From assembly GCA_964016885.1 (NCBI GenBank), contig OZ024742.1, positions 45,136,001 through 45,200,000 of the forward strand: DNA of 64,000 bases, given 5' to 3'. A program made the position numbers and the translations under genes. Shown here piece after piece: positions 27,868 to 40,537 of this stretch. Origin of the DNA: Eledone cirrhosa. Lineage: Eukaryota. The notes under the pieces are model-generated. The model was not told the origin of the DNA and ran no database searches. It saw only the letters and a list, made by a program, of their open reading frames with translations. Position 1 is the first letter of the stretch; the number at the start of each line of letters is the position of its first letter.

Positions 27868-28120
27868 TGTGGGTATGGTGTGGCGTGCGGTGGCCGGAAG
27901 TGGGGGAGTGCTCGACCAGAAGGGTGCTTGGCCGGAAGGATGCTCGACCGGAAGGGCCAGCAGATGGCCTCTCTCTAGTGGTGACCAGCAACGGTGTGGA
28001 CGCGAGTTTTAGCAGCTCCCGGTGTTGAGCAGTTGGACGCACGTGGAAGAGGAGAGACCAGCAGTGGAATTTAGCGGCGCCTATGAAAAGCGGTAAGTGA
28101 GATAGCTTTTTCTAACCACA
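27868..28120. mobile_element. Solo LTR (253 bp)
   Basis: Starts TGTGG and ends CCACA, with a 5-bp TSD ACAAC on both sides. It is absent from the paralogous segment at ~41636-41670. Confidence 0.8.
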
Positions 28121-29163
28121 ACAACTACATCTGTCACGCCAAAGTGAACAACACCACCAAACCAAAACATCTCACGCTACAACCAAATAACTTTCCACCA
28201 CTTCATTGGTGACCCTCGCATATCGGATACCTTTCGAATGCAGCCTGTTGTTCCAGATAATATAGGAAAACAACAACAGCGTCATTCTTCGCCACGCCGT
28301 TGTTAGTGATCCCCGGCTTAAAGACACTCTCCGAGCAACAATAACAACGTCACTGACAATAACAACAACGACGACCACTATCAACACCAGACTCGGTAAG
28401 TTACAGCCACTCACCAAGTTCCAGTGTTACCGATGATGGAGACGTTTGACTCATTTAATAAGAAAAAGAAGAAAAGAAACGAAACGAACTCTTTTTCTTT
28501 TGAACATTCACTTTTCTTGTTTGTTTGTTTTTTTCCTTTCTAATTATTTGTAAAATTTGTTTCTGCGTGCATATTTTTGTTTTGCGTTTGTTACATATCT
28601 AAGGGTCTTTGCAGTAAAGTTACTTGATAAAGTGCGTAACTCGGAAATCAGAGAGTCACTCCATGTAGAGCTTCTACACATTGAAAGATCACAGTTGCGA
28701 TACTATGGGCACGTAGTTAAAATGTCTCAGGAAAGAATCGCTTGACAGATTTTACGGGCAAAACAAACGGCAGGAGACCTAGTGGTAGACCCCGAATAAG
28801 ATGGTTGGATAACACCCATGAGCTTGGCTGGTCTCATTTGGGGGTTTAGTTGGATCAGTTGGAGACGGTTGCTTGTGAAAGGATCTGCTGGAAGGTTGTG
28901 TTTGAGGACTCAGCTCCCACAACCCACTCAGGAATAAGTGGGCGAAGAAGAAGCTCGCGCGCACACACACACACAGTGCATAAAACATTTCAGTTGCATG
29001 TTCACACACATCACACATATATACACATAGTTTCATGATTTTTTCGAAATTTCTATGCACTCTGAACACATTTATGATTTATGTGGGAATTCCCGAGATA
29101 ATTCTTTCCTCACATTTAATCTGAACTAGTTTCGTCGTAACCACTTAGACTTAAGTGGTTCGA

Positions 29164-29224
<61 letters not shown>

Positions 29225-29799
29225 AACCCGCTAGTCTTTTTACAGAGAAACTAGTTTCAAATCCTATTCCTGACTTACTGTGGAATATCGGCTATTCAGC
29301 TACGTTGAGCGACTCACTGCTCCATAGACTCACACAGTGTCTCATCTCGATTCCACGTATTTCAAGGCATACTCTTACATCCAAATTTTGCTACATCTTC
29401 GGTTTTCGATCGATACTCCCGTTTTGATCTAGGCAGGGACCTACTGTAGCCAGTGACGGACTGGCCAGGTTTCCCAATGACAAGTGGACCCCCGGGGGGG
29501 GGGGGGGGCACACGGTAGCATTGCAAGAGCCCACACTAGCATTGCAGGGCCCACTGTAGTATTTTAGGGGCCAATGCGTTGCTTTCAAAAATTACCTGAA
29601 ATCTTAGAGAAAGAATTAATTTTAAAAAAAAATAGATAAAACAATTAAGCAAAGCATTTGGTCAACTAATTCCCCAGTGAATTGCTAGAAACCAAAATAT
29701 ACGATAGTGCAAATCGCTGGAATCAGTGGTTGTACATTCTACTAAATCTAAAGCTTAGTGTATTCATTCATGCATGCAAACATACATATATAGACACAG

Positions 29800-29909
<110 letters not shown>

Positions 29910-29950
29910 GGAGAGAAATAGGATTTCGCTTCAAGCATAGGGTTATACAA

Positions 29951-30468
29951 ATATGTATAGAAATTTCGTATTTCTAAAGAAACACGGTTTTAGGAAGCCG
30001 TAGCTATACAAACACCGGGGCTAACGCCCTCTGATGGTGTCCAGCAGAAGCAAGGGGGACAACCGTCTATGCATTTCAGGCTTGACTAGATGAGAAAACT
30101 ATATATTCTTACTATATATATATATATATACTTTTACACGAACTATTGACCAAATAATATTTGGTATCAATGGATACCAATTTTTTCTATTATAAGTTGA
30201 GCCAACTTATGCAGCGTCATATGCAAATGAGATTAATCACCTCATTTACACAGACGAGAAAACTACATATTCTCGCCTGTCTTCTAGTCCAGCAGTCGCA
30301 AGCGGTGGGAGGGACCGTCCTGACGAAGACCTGTCAAGCCTGAAATGCATAGACAGTTGTCCCCCTTGCTCCTGCTGGACACCACCAGAGTGCGTTAGCC
30401 CCGGTGTTTGCATAGCTATGGCTTCCTAAAACCGTGTTTCTTTAGAAATACGAAATTTCTATGCATAT
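29951..30468 (+). mobile_element. Foldback mini-element with ~135-bp inverted arms (29951-30086 / 30333-30468) and a hammerhead
   Basis: The arms are reverse complements with a few mismatches. A hammerhead lies at 30314-30357. Confidence 0.8.
30314..30357 (+). ncRNA. Minimal type I hammerhead ribozyme (slightly decayed)
   Basis: ACCGTC-CTGACGA-AGAC/CTGTCAA/GCCT-GAAA-TGCA-TA-GACAGT. Stem III is palindromic (ATGCAT). The other arm preserves GACGGT, giving a perfect stem I. Confidence 0.7.
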
Positions 30469-30629
30469 ATATATATAATAATATATATGTAGTAAGAAAC
30501 ACAGTAAATCGTGTGTCTAATATTACGAGGGTTGAAAGACCACATTTGTTTGAAATATTTAACCATGAAGCAGACAGTGATAAAATAAAATAAAATTATA
30601 TTATACAAACCGCCTCAATAACAATTATA

Positions 30630-30711
30630 TCTCTCGGACAGATTATGGATAAATCTGTTTCGCCCTGAGTGTGTTTGTAACAGATAATCCATGGGCATCA
30701 TCAGCGAGAGA
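30630..30711 (-). ncRNA. Type I hammerhead ribozyme (mirror copy)
   Basis: Exact reverse complement of 31147-31228. Confidence 0.88.
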
Positions 30712-31146
30712 ATCTGATTAAATGCGACAAACACCTAGTACCAACGTTCACACAGAAAAATGAATTCATCACCCCGTGTGCCGTAAGTCAAAAGTGGTAT
30801 GAGTGCATTGGTTAGAAACAACAGTCCAACACACGCAACTTAATAAACTCACCTCTTGAGGGAGCCGAAATATAAATGAAAGTTAGAGTTAATAACTCTT
30901 ACTGAGACCCTGTAATCAATAAGCTCAAAGTATAAATACCGAGCATTATAATAATAATATATATGTAGTAACTAACTTTCATTTATATTTCGGCTCCCTC
31001 AAGAGGTGAGCTTATTAAGTTGCGTGTGTTGGACTGTTGTTTCTAACCAATACACTCATACCACTTTTGACTTACGGCACACGAGGTGATGAATTCATTT
31101 TTCTGTGTGAACGTTGGTACTAGGTGTTTGTCGCATTTAATCAGAT

Positions 31147-31228
31147 TCTCTCGCTGATGATGCCCATGGATTATCTGTTACAAACACACTCAGGGCGAAA
31201 CAGATTTATCCATAATCTGTCCGAGAGA
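31147..31228 (+). ncRNA. Type I hammerhead ribozyme, predicted GUC cleavage after 31221
   Basis: Stem I TCTCTCG/CGAGAGA, core CTGATGA (31154-31160), stem II GCCC/GGGC, GAAA (31197-31200), stem III ACAGATT/AATCTGT, C17. Confidence 0.9.
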
Positions 31229-31390
31229 TATAATTGTTATTGAGGCGGTTTGTATAATATAATTTTATTTTATTTTATCACTCTGTCTGCTTCATGGTTA
31301 AATTTTTCAAACAAATGTGGTCTTTCAACCCTCGTAATATTAGACACGATTTACTGTGTTTCTTACTACATATATATTATTATTATAATG

Positions 31391-33547
31391 CACCATACAA
31401 CCTCTTTCGCCATAGCTATCACACGAAGGAAAACCGCCTCTCCTCCGTTTTTGAAGGAGGGTGGTGGTGTGATCATGACGATGGACTCGGTGGTCAACCG
31501 GATTGGTGCCACCCGCGACAATAGTCGTTCTTCATAGCTCCACAGGTCGGTAAGGTCTGGGCAGTGTACGAATGCGTGCGCGACGGTTTCTTCGTCTCGC
31601 ACGCATCTCGGACAGATCTTTTTCGAAGGGTCCCTGCCCGGCCGCCCGTTTCTGTAGAGCTTGTCTCGAACTGGTAGAGCTCCTCGGTAGCACTGCCAGG
31701 CCAGGGACATTTGGAAGTTGTCCATCGGTCCCGAGCGGAAGCTGTTACCGAACAGACTGGCCAGTTCGTCTTCCTCTACGCCTAGAGTTCCTCCGAGCGC
31801 GTCGTGGGAGATGACCTCCATTAAAGTTTTGTTTTCACTGTTTATGTATGTGTAATGTTCTTGTTGTATTGTGTTGGTTTTTGTTTGTTGTTCTTGTGTG
31901 AGCTTTTGTTTTGTTGTAGGTGTTTGTGTTTGGAGTGATGTCGGGGTTTTGTTTTCGGGACGGGGGGTTTGTTGTTCATTTTGTAGGTTTCTTTTTATGG
32001 TAGGCATTTGTGTTTGGGGTGGTGTTGGTGTTTGTTTTGCTGGCTGGTGGGGAGGGGGGTGATTGTGGTGGTGGTTGTGTTGGTGGTTGTGGGTTTGTGT
32101 TGGTGATTGTTGTTTTTGTGGCTTTGTGGTGTCTCTTTTTTTGTTTTTTGTTTTTTTTTATTTACGAGGCTCTCCTTCATCTTCAGTTGGGGATAGAGAA
32201 GTAACCTCGTCTGGTGATGAATCGTCATCAGGGGCGTGTGGGAGGGGTATATTGTGTGGTGATGGTGTGTTTGTGTGTGTGATTGTGGTAGTGTGGGATG
32301 GGGTGGGACTGTGTTTTTCAGGGGAATTGTTTGTGTTTTTTCTGTTGTTTGTGGTTGAACAGTTGTTTGTTTTTGTGTGTTGTTGTTGTGGTTTTGGAGT
32401 TGGTGTTCGTAAAAGTACTTTTTGGGGGGTGGTGGTGTTTGTTCGTAAGAGGGGACAGGAGGCTTTTAAATGCGATGCGCTCGAGCATTTAAAACAATGT
32501 GGCCTCCTTTCATCTGCCAAAATATGGATGTAATTGGTATCGTCTACTGGCACCCTTTCTGGTATCTTGGAAATTCTGTCCGGTTTCATTTGGACCAAAA
32601 TTTCCAAGCTTGTGCCGTTCCAGGTGTTTCTTGTGGATTTTTGAATCGACAGTATTGTCTTCATCTTTCTCCATACCCTGCCAGAATCCACCAGATGTTA
32701 ATGTTGGGTGGTATATTGGTGATGTTTATTCTTTGTGTTCTTTTTCCCATGTATGTAGAGAAAAAGGTGTGTGTGGCAGAGGTGACCGGGGTCACTGAGT
32801 GTTTTTTCGCAAGGGCCTCACTTTTGAAGAGCACCGAAATGCTTTCATACAGTTTAGCCCTTTGTATGTATTGTATTTCCGGCATTGCCTCTTTCAAGAC
32901 GAATTCAATTTAGCCTTGAGTAAGAAAAGCCGTTTTTTTTTTGTTTGTTCAAAATCGTGCGAAAAGTCACAGTCCTTCGTATAGTGTCGGCTTTGACTTG
33001 TGGCGGAGAGGTTATTTTAAATCCCCCTTTTTCCTCGAAGGTAATATATTTTTTTCCTTCATTGATCATTTCCTTCGCATTGGAAATATCAATATTTGTA
33101 AAAGTTCCTTTCCTTATTGTGGAAAAAGATTTTTTATGGTTGCTGTTGTTGTTGTTCTCAATCGCTTGATTTGTGGTTGTGGAGTTCATTTGTGAAGTTG
33201 TTTTTTTTTCTTGTTCAATTATTTTTTGTGCCGTATGTGTTTCCATACTTTTGTTTTGGTGTGATTTTTCTCGGTCACTACTCCCTGTTGCCATAGTGAC
33301 ATTCATTTCAACGCTCTCATTGCCACTTATGGCGGGAAGCGCTTCAATTTTATCATTCATACTTAAAACAATTTGTTATAAATTTTTATGAAAATTAAAA
33401 TTTCAATGACCCACCCGCTGACAATTTAGTCAGAGGGTCAATTTATACAGTAGTATATTTTTTAAAACAATAATTTTTATTTTTTATATGTAAAAAGACA
33501 AAAACTTACCAGCTTGACTGGTACACGACTTCCTCTATCTCAGACAA
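31391..33547 (-). mobile_element. Tx1-like family B copy 1: 5' UTR and frameshifted ORF1, internally deleted onto the ORF2 C-terminus
   Basis: ORF1 zinc knuckle CFKCSSASHLKASC (ORF 32158-32691). Junction near 31810 to MDNFQMSLAWQCYRGALPVR...CPRC...H...C. The 5' end abuts TATC repeats. Confidence 0.82.
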
Positions 33548-33580
33548 GATAGATATATATATTTATAGATAGATAGATAT

Positions 33581-34589
33581 GTTTCTTTATTAGCCACAGG
33601 GGCACAAAAGAAGGGGACAAATACAAAGGGGGAAGTTTACATACAATAAAAACGTGTAAAATATTATCACAAATGCAATTTAAAAATTAGTCGATTTTCC
33701 CTAATAGGGGGAGACAGTTCATATGGGTAAACATACCTCCGAAAAAATGGCAACCCTCATCTCCAGGAGTACGAAGAGTTTGTACTCCTTCCCTCTCCTC
33801 CTCCTTTTCCTCAACCTACAGGCTGATATAGAGAGAAGGCCCATTCACTCGGGCTATTCTCGCCACTTTCACCCACCTTTCATAAAACTTGCTAGGGTAC
33901 AGCACCTCTCTCTCCATCCTGATTCTTCTTCCAAAGTGGTATTTGAAAAAAAGAATCAGTTGTTGGCCGGAGAGAAAGGTGTCTGACCGCAGCCCTTTGA
34001 AGCTTGTCCACCATACAACCTCTTTCGCCATAGCTATCACACAAAGGAAAACCGCCTCTCCTTCGTTTTTGAAGGAGGGTGGTAGTTTGATCATGACAAT
34101 GGACTCGGTGGTCAACCGGATTGGTCCCACCCGCGACAATAGTCATTCTACATAGCCCCACAGGTCGGTGACGCCCGGGCAGTGTATGAATGCGTGCGCG
34201 ACGGTTTCTTCGTCTCGCACGCACCTCGGACAGATCTTTTTTGCAGGGTCCCTGCCCGGCCGCCCATGGTAGAGCTTGTCTCGAACTGGTAGAGCTCCTA
34301 GGTAGCACTGCCAGGCCAGTGACTTTTGGAAGTTGTCCATCGGTCCCGGGCGGAGGTCCTACCGAACAGACTGGCCAGTTCATCTTCCTCTACGCCTAGA
34401 GTTTCACCGAGCGGGTCGTCGCACTTGCTGCGGATCAACCCTCTATAGAATGACGAAGTGGAGTCTCCACTGATCGCCGGGTCCGCCTGCCAGAGGGCTG
34501 TGAGCGCCTGAGCACATTCGATGTGCCAGTCGCCCATTTTCCTCGGTCTTTGCTTGACCCAGGACTGCAGCTCGGTCAGCGAGACGAGT
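33581..34589 (-). mobile_element. Tx1-like family B copy 2 (3' ~1 kb)
   Basis: ORF2 C-terminal zinc finger region. The 3' end is CCTGTGGCTAATAAAGAAAC followed by ATATCTATC. Confidence 0.88.
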
Positions 34590-34603
34590 AGATAGATAGA
34601 TAT

Positions 34604-34860
34604 ATTTCTTTATTAGCCACAGGGGCACAAAAGAAGGGGACAAATACAAAGGGGGAAGTTTACATACAATAAAAACGTGTAAAATGTTATCACAGATGGA
34701 ATTTAAAAGTTAGTCGATTTTCCCCAATAGAGGGAGACAGTTTATATGGGTAACACATACCCCCGAAAAAATGTGCAACCCTCATCTCCAGGAGTACGAA
34801 GAGCTTGTACTCCTTTCCTCTCCTCCTCCTTTTCCTCAATCTACAGGCTGATATAGAGAG
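34604..34860 (-). mobile_element. Tx1-like family B copy 3 (3' UTR only)
   Basis: Near-identical to 33581-33836 and flanked by (GATA)n on both sides. Confidence 0.88.
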
Positions 34861-34906
<46 letters not shown>

Positions 34907-34907
34907 T

Positions 34908-37073
34908 GTTTCTTTATTAGCCACAGGCGCACCAAAGAAGGGGACAAATACAAAGGGGGAAGTTTACATACAATAAAAACGTAAAATATTATCACAAATG
35001 CAATTGAAAAGTTAATCGATTTTCTCCAATAGGGGAGACATTTCATATCGCCGGGTCCGCCTGCCAGAGGACTATGAGAGCCTGAGCACATTCGATGTGC
35101 CAGTCGCCCATTTTCCTCGGTCTTTGCTTGACCCAGGACTGCAGCTCGGTCAGCGAGACGAGTCGTGGCAAGGCTCGCCTCACGAACGGGGCCCACACCG
35201 GTTGTCCAGTGAGGAATACGTAGAGATGCCGCAGTCTGAGCGCGTGTTCGCGCATCGTCAGCCACGGCATACCCAGCCCTCCGTTGGCAGCAGATGGATC
35301 TTCTCACCAAAGGAGCCCGCTTCTTCCAAAGGAATTAGAAGAGCGCGCGCTCCATTTTGTGTTCGCCACCTCGCTCGACTTTTCAAGGATAGTTTGCACT
35401 CGGCCCACTTCTGGGTGAGTGCAAACACCTTGGCCGTCACCTCGTTCCAGTTCTTCTCCATCTGGAGGTCCGGACCAAACCAGACCTCGAGCAGCTTTAC
35501 CGGTCCTTCCGCCCAGCGTCCGACGAGGCCATCGGAATGCATCGGTTTGCCTCTCCACCATCGGAGTTGCAAACCGATGGACTTGTTCCGGTTCAGCTTC
35601 GCTCCTGTGAACCTTTCGTATTCCTTCAGTAAGGTGTCGACTTCCTCGATTTGCGAGGTGCTCGACACCATTACTATCAAGTCGTCGGCGTAGGCCGACG
35701 CCGCTTTCCGCAGTCCCGGTTCCAGAGGGATGCCCTTCAATAGCTCCAAATTTCGCAGTAGTGGCTCGAGAGTCAGTACGTACAGGAAGGAGGAGAGAGG
35801 GCATGGATCTCGTGATATGGAACGGCTCTGAGAGGTACCCTTGAGCAGATGTTGCTGTTGTGCATTGCAGCAATCCAGTCCCTGAACACGCGTCCGAAGC
35901 CTGCCGCCTCGAGCACCGCATCCAGGTAACGATAGTCAACCCTATCGAAAGCCTTAGACTGATCCAAGTTGATCAGGGCCCCACCGAAGCCGGGTTTACA
36001 CCCTACCCTCTGTATGATGTATCGCATGAGGTGGAGGTTGTCGTGTATGGACCTAGTCGGGATTGCGCATGTCTGTGCTTCTCCCACCAGGTTTTCGACG
36101 ACAAGCGCCAGCCTCTTTGCCAACACCTTGGCCAAAATCTATAACTCTGTGTTTAGCAGAGTTATGGGCCGGAATTGCCTATGTCATCCCCCTTATTCTC
36201 GTCCTTCCTGACTTGTGTGACTACGCCCCTGGTCACAGAACTGGGAATTCTCCCGTTCTGCCGCCAGTTGCAGGAGACCGGAGAACAAGTCCGGCATTAC
36301 TACGTAAAATTCGCAGGGTAGACCGTCGAGACCTGGAGATTTGCGTTTGTCGCATTGGCTCAGCGCGTCCCCTATCTCAGCGGCTGAAATCGGCTTTTCG
36401 CAGAACTTCGCCTCGCTGCCCGAGAGTCGCGGTAGGCCGTCGACGTATGAACCGAAATCCATAGCCCCTCCCGGCGCGCCGCCCTGCCCGAACAGCTAAT
36501 CAAAGTGCCGCTGAAAGGCCGCGCACATCTGCTTCGGCTTACGTATCACGCGTCCGTCTTGGTCTTTCAAAGACCGAATCGTGAACTCCTTGCCTCCGTC
36601 ACCCGGGCCCAGCTAACAGCTTTGGCTCCCTCGTTACCCAGAGCACGTATTTTGCTTCTGACAACGAAGCCCTCGTGCTTTGCGTCGAAGAACTGGTCCA
36701 AGGCCGTTCTCGTTGCTAACACGCTGGCTAGGTTGCCACTTCTAATTGCCTCTTCTACTTTATTTATCAGTTCCTTCTCGGTCCTATTTCTATTTAACGC
36801 TAATTCTTTACTAAAAACTAACGAGTCTAATCTAACTGCCCTCTTGAGAGAGTACCACCATCTGTTGTTGACAATGGCCCCTTTCAAGTGCTGTTTAACT
36901 AAAGTGCTAATCCGTCTACTGTAGGCTTTGCATGTCGGTAACGATAAGTTCAGCTTCCAGTAGCCGGGTCCTTGTCCATGGGTTCTATCAAGGTTGACCA
37001 TGCAGGTCACTAATTTGTGATCTAAATAGGCAACCATGAACATTTGTGGACAGCTTAACATGTCCCTATCTTT
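34908..37073 (-). mobile_element. Tx1-like family B copy 4 (5'-truncated ORF2 with internal deletions)
   Basis: GPGYWKLN, KSPGLDGLP, LDQSKAFDRVD and SAYADDL motifs. Both ends lie in TATC/GATA repeats. Confidence 0.88.
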
Positions 37074-37085
37074 AGATAGATATAG

Positions 37086-37197
<112 letters not shown>

Positions 37198-37457
37198 GCA
37201 CATATACATACATATATTGAGTGAGTGTGAAAGACCACAGGTCATTATTGAAAGTCTTTGGATTTCGCAAAAGACAATATTTTTTATTGGAGAAAATAAG
37301 ATATTTTCCCGCAAAAATTTGATTGCACTGTTTTGTTCCTACTTATGTATTTTTTGAAAATGCTATTTATTTATTATAAAAATTAAATGATAGCATTCTA
37401 TATGTAGGTGGACCCCCTTCATCTGGCAACCAATATTTTTAGACCTAGTCCGCTTTG

Positions 37458-40400
37458 TCATCATCATCATCATCATCAACGTTTAACGTCCGTGTTCCAC
37501 GCTTGCATGGGTTTGGACGGGGGTATTCCCACTTGAGGCAAGAGTGGTTGTCTTGCTCGCATAGGACTGTCTGGTAGGTTTTCTACAGTTGGATGCCCTT
37601 CCTAACACCAACCACATTTACAGTGTGGGTCTGGGAGGTTTTTACCGTGTTGCCTACACGGCCACATTACAGCGTGGACTGTGTGTTTTTTTGACGTGAC
37701 ACCTACACGATCTCATTTGTTTCGGCCTGGATGGTGTGGCACCAACATAACTTTACATAGAAGGGGGTGGTGTGGATGGGGTGGGTGATGGGACGGGGTG
37801 TATTTTGATAGAGATGCCTACTGACTGTAGTAGGTTTTACTTTGTATTTAGGTAAGGCGGGTCTTCTCTATTACTGAGTACCGCCAAAGGTCTCGGTCCA
37901 GTGACATTGTCTTGGAGAGGTGTAAGCGTGAGGTCGGAATTTATCATGTCGTCCCAGTTTTTTCTGGGTCTGCCTACTCCGTGGCTACCGTCTATCTTTA
38001 TTGCCCTGCACTTTGTTATACAGCTATCGACTTTCATGCGCATCACGTGTCCATACCAACGTAGCCTTCTCTCGAGTAAACAACATCTGATCCCTCTTAT
38101 TTCTAATTTTTTCCTTAGTTCGTTTATGCTTTGCCGTTCACGTATATTACTATTACACATCCAGCGGAGCATGCAAGCTTCGTTCCTCTCTAGTCTGCGT
38201 ATATCCTCTGCACACAATACCCAGGTCTCACTGCCATCCAACATTGCTGTTCGTATGCAGGCATCATACAACCTGCCTTTCATTTTTAGGGAGAACCCTT
38301 TAGCGGCTAATAGTGGTATAAGCTCTCTGAACTTTTTCCATCCAGTTCTGACTCTAGCTATTGTACTTTCAGAGCACCCTCCCCCACTGCTGATTTTGTC
38401 ACCCAGGTAACGGAAGCTGTCCACTATTTCTATAGAGCCCTCTGCGCAGTTGTAAGAGCTAGTATTTTGTGGGCACTTGCTGCTACTTATTGCACCAGAG
38501 CACCGGCCACATGTAAAATCTATGTTCTTAGTTAGCTTACCTGTGATCCCACTACATCTTTTATGCACCCATACTTTGCATTTGGGACATAAAATGGAGT
38601 TTCTACCTACGCCTTTCCTACACACTGAGCATGGCCATTTCCCAGAAGGGACCGCCGCCTTATTTTCTTTCCTACAAACTAGAACTTTAGTCTTAGCCAG
38701 GTTAATTTTAAGGCCTTTTGATTCTAGGCCGTGCTTCCATGTTTGGAATTTCTTCTCTAGCTCGGCCATTGATTCAGCTATGAGCGTTAGATCATCTGCG
38801 TATAGGAGTTCCCATGGGCAGCCGGTCTTGAACTCCTCTGTTATAGCCTGAAGGGCAATAATAAATAGTAGGGGGCTAAGAACAGAGCCCTGATGGACAC
38901 CAACTTTTACGCTAAACTCTTCACTATATTCGTTGTTGACTGTTTCTTTATACATGGCTTATATAGCTCTCACAAGCCATTCGTCAACACCTAGTTTTCT
39001 AAGAGCCCACCAGATAATGGAACGGGGTACTCTGTCGAAGGCTTTCTCCAAGTCGACAAAAGCTAAGTATAGGGGTTTACCTTTAGCTAGGTACTTCTCC
39101 TGTAGTTGTCGTACAATGAAAAGAGCGCCTGTGGTATTTTTGCCTGACACAAACCCGAACTGCATTTCATCTAGGTCAATTCTCTCTCTGATTAGTTGCG
39201 CTATTACTTTTTCCGTGACCTTCATGACCTGGTCGATTAATTTAATGCCTCTATAGTTACTCCTATCTAGGGCATCTCCTTTACCCTTATAACAGTTAAT
39301 GATGATGCTGCTATGCCAGTCCTTCGGAACAACCCCATTCTGTACGACTTGGTTAACTATCCGGGTGACCATGGTGTGACCCACCGTGCCAGATGCCTTC
39401 AGCATCTCAGCAACTATTTCCGAAGGCCCAGCCGCCTTACCCGTCTTCATATCCTTGATTGCCTTACTTATTATACTCCCCTCGACTAACACTGCTGGTC
39501 CCTCTATTGGGTCGATGTGGGGGAGACTGTCTTTCTCCCATTTATTCTCCTCATTTAGTAGCCTTTCATAGTGACACTTCCAAGCTACCTTCTTATCAGC
39601 GTAGGTGATGGCAAGTACGCCGTCATCATTAAGTACACACTTCTCCCCGACAATATCACGGTTTTCCTTGACACATTGCCTAGCAATCCTGAACACCTCA
39701 CGTTTTTGGTCCTCGCGTTGTAGAACATGCTTGAACTTTCTTTCCTCTGCTTCCCTTCTTGCGAAGTACACTTGTCTCCTAGCTTCCCCCCTGGCCACTT
39801 GATAGTCTTCTCTACTTCCCCTATCCCGCCATACTTTCCAAGCCTGCTTTTTGGCCTTAATTGACCCCTCCACCCTACTGTTGCACCACCATGTTACTCT
39901 CCTCCTGCCTACAGGCCTGCTCCAGCCACAGACTTCGTCTGTCGCCATCAGCAGGTTTGCTTTCAGAAATTCCCACTGTCCCTCTATATTGTCCGACTCT
40001 AAATGCTCTTCCTTACTGTCGAAAGCATCAAGTAATATGCTTTGAAATTTATTTCTGGCTGTGGGGTCCTTTAGCTTCCATATTTTTCTCCTGAGGATAG
40101 TCCTCTTCTGCTGTCGAGTACGTCTCGTCCTGACTATGAGGTCGCTAATTATCAGTCTATGTTGGGAGGTGCACTCTTCATGGGGGAGGGATTTAGTGTT
40201 TACAACAGACACTCTATCACGTCTTCTGGTAAGGATATAATCTACCTGGCTTGTGTGTTCCTCGGATCTATAGGTGATCAGGTGATTGTCACGTTTTTTT
40301 AAGTTAGTGTTACTGATAGTTAGGTTATTTGCGTCACAGAATTCCAGGATTCTGGTGCCTTCCTCATTTCTAGTACCAAACCCATAGCCTCCATGGTTTC

Positions 40401-40537
40401 GTCGTAGCCGTCACAATGTTGTCCAACGTGACCATTTAGGTCGCCTGCAATAATGATATAGTCACTGTCGGTTATTTGGGAGGTAGTGAGCATCAGTGTC
40501 TCATAGAATCTGTCTTTTATAGTGCCGGGAAGTCCGG

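Larger units (their letters stand above)
30475..31391. mobile_element. Large palindromic retrozyme-like element: ~410-bp arms (30475-30886 / 30972-31382), two hammerheads, 476-nt terminally redundant monomer
   Basis: The arms differ at about five positions. ATAATAATATATATGTAGTAA is directly repeated, ending at 30495 and 30971. Confidence 0.88.
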
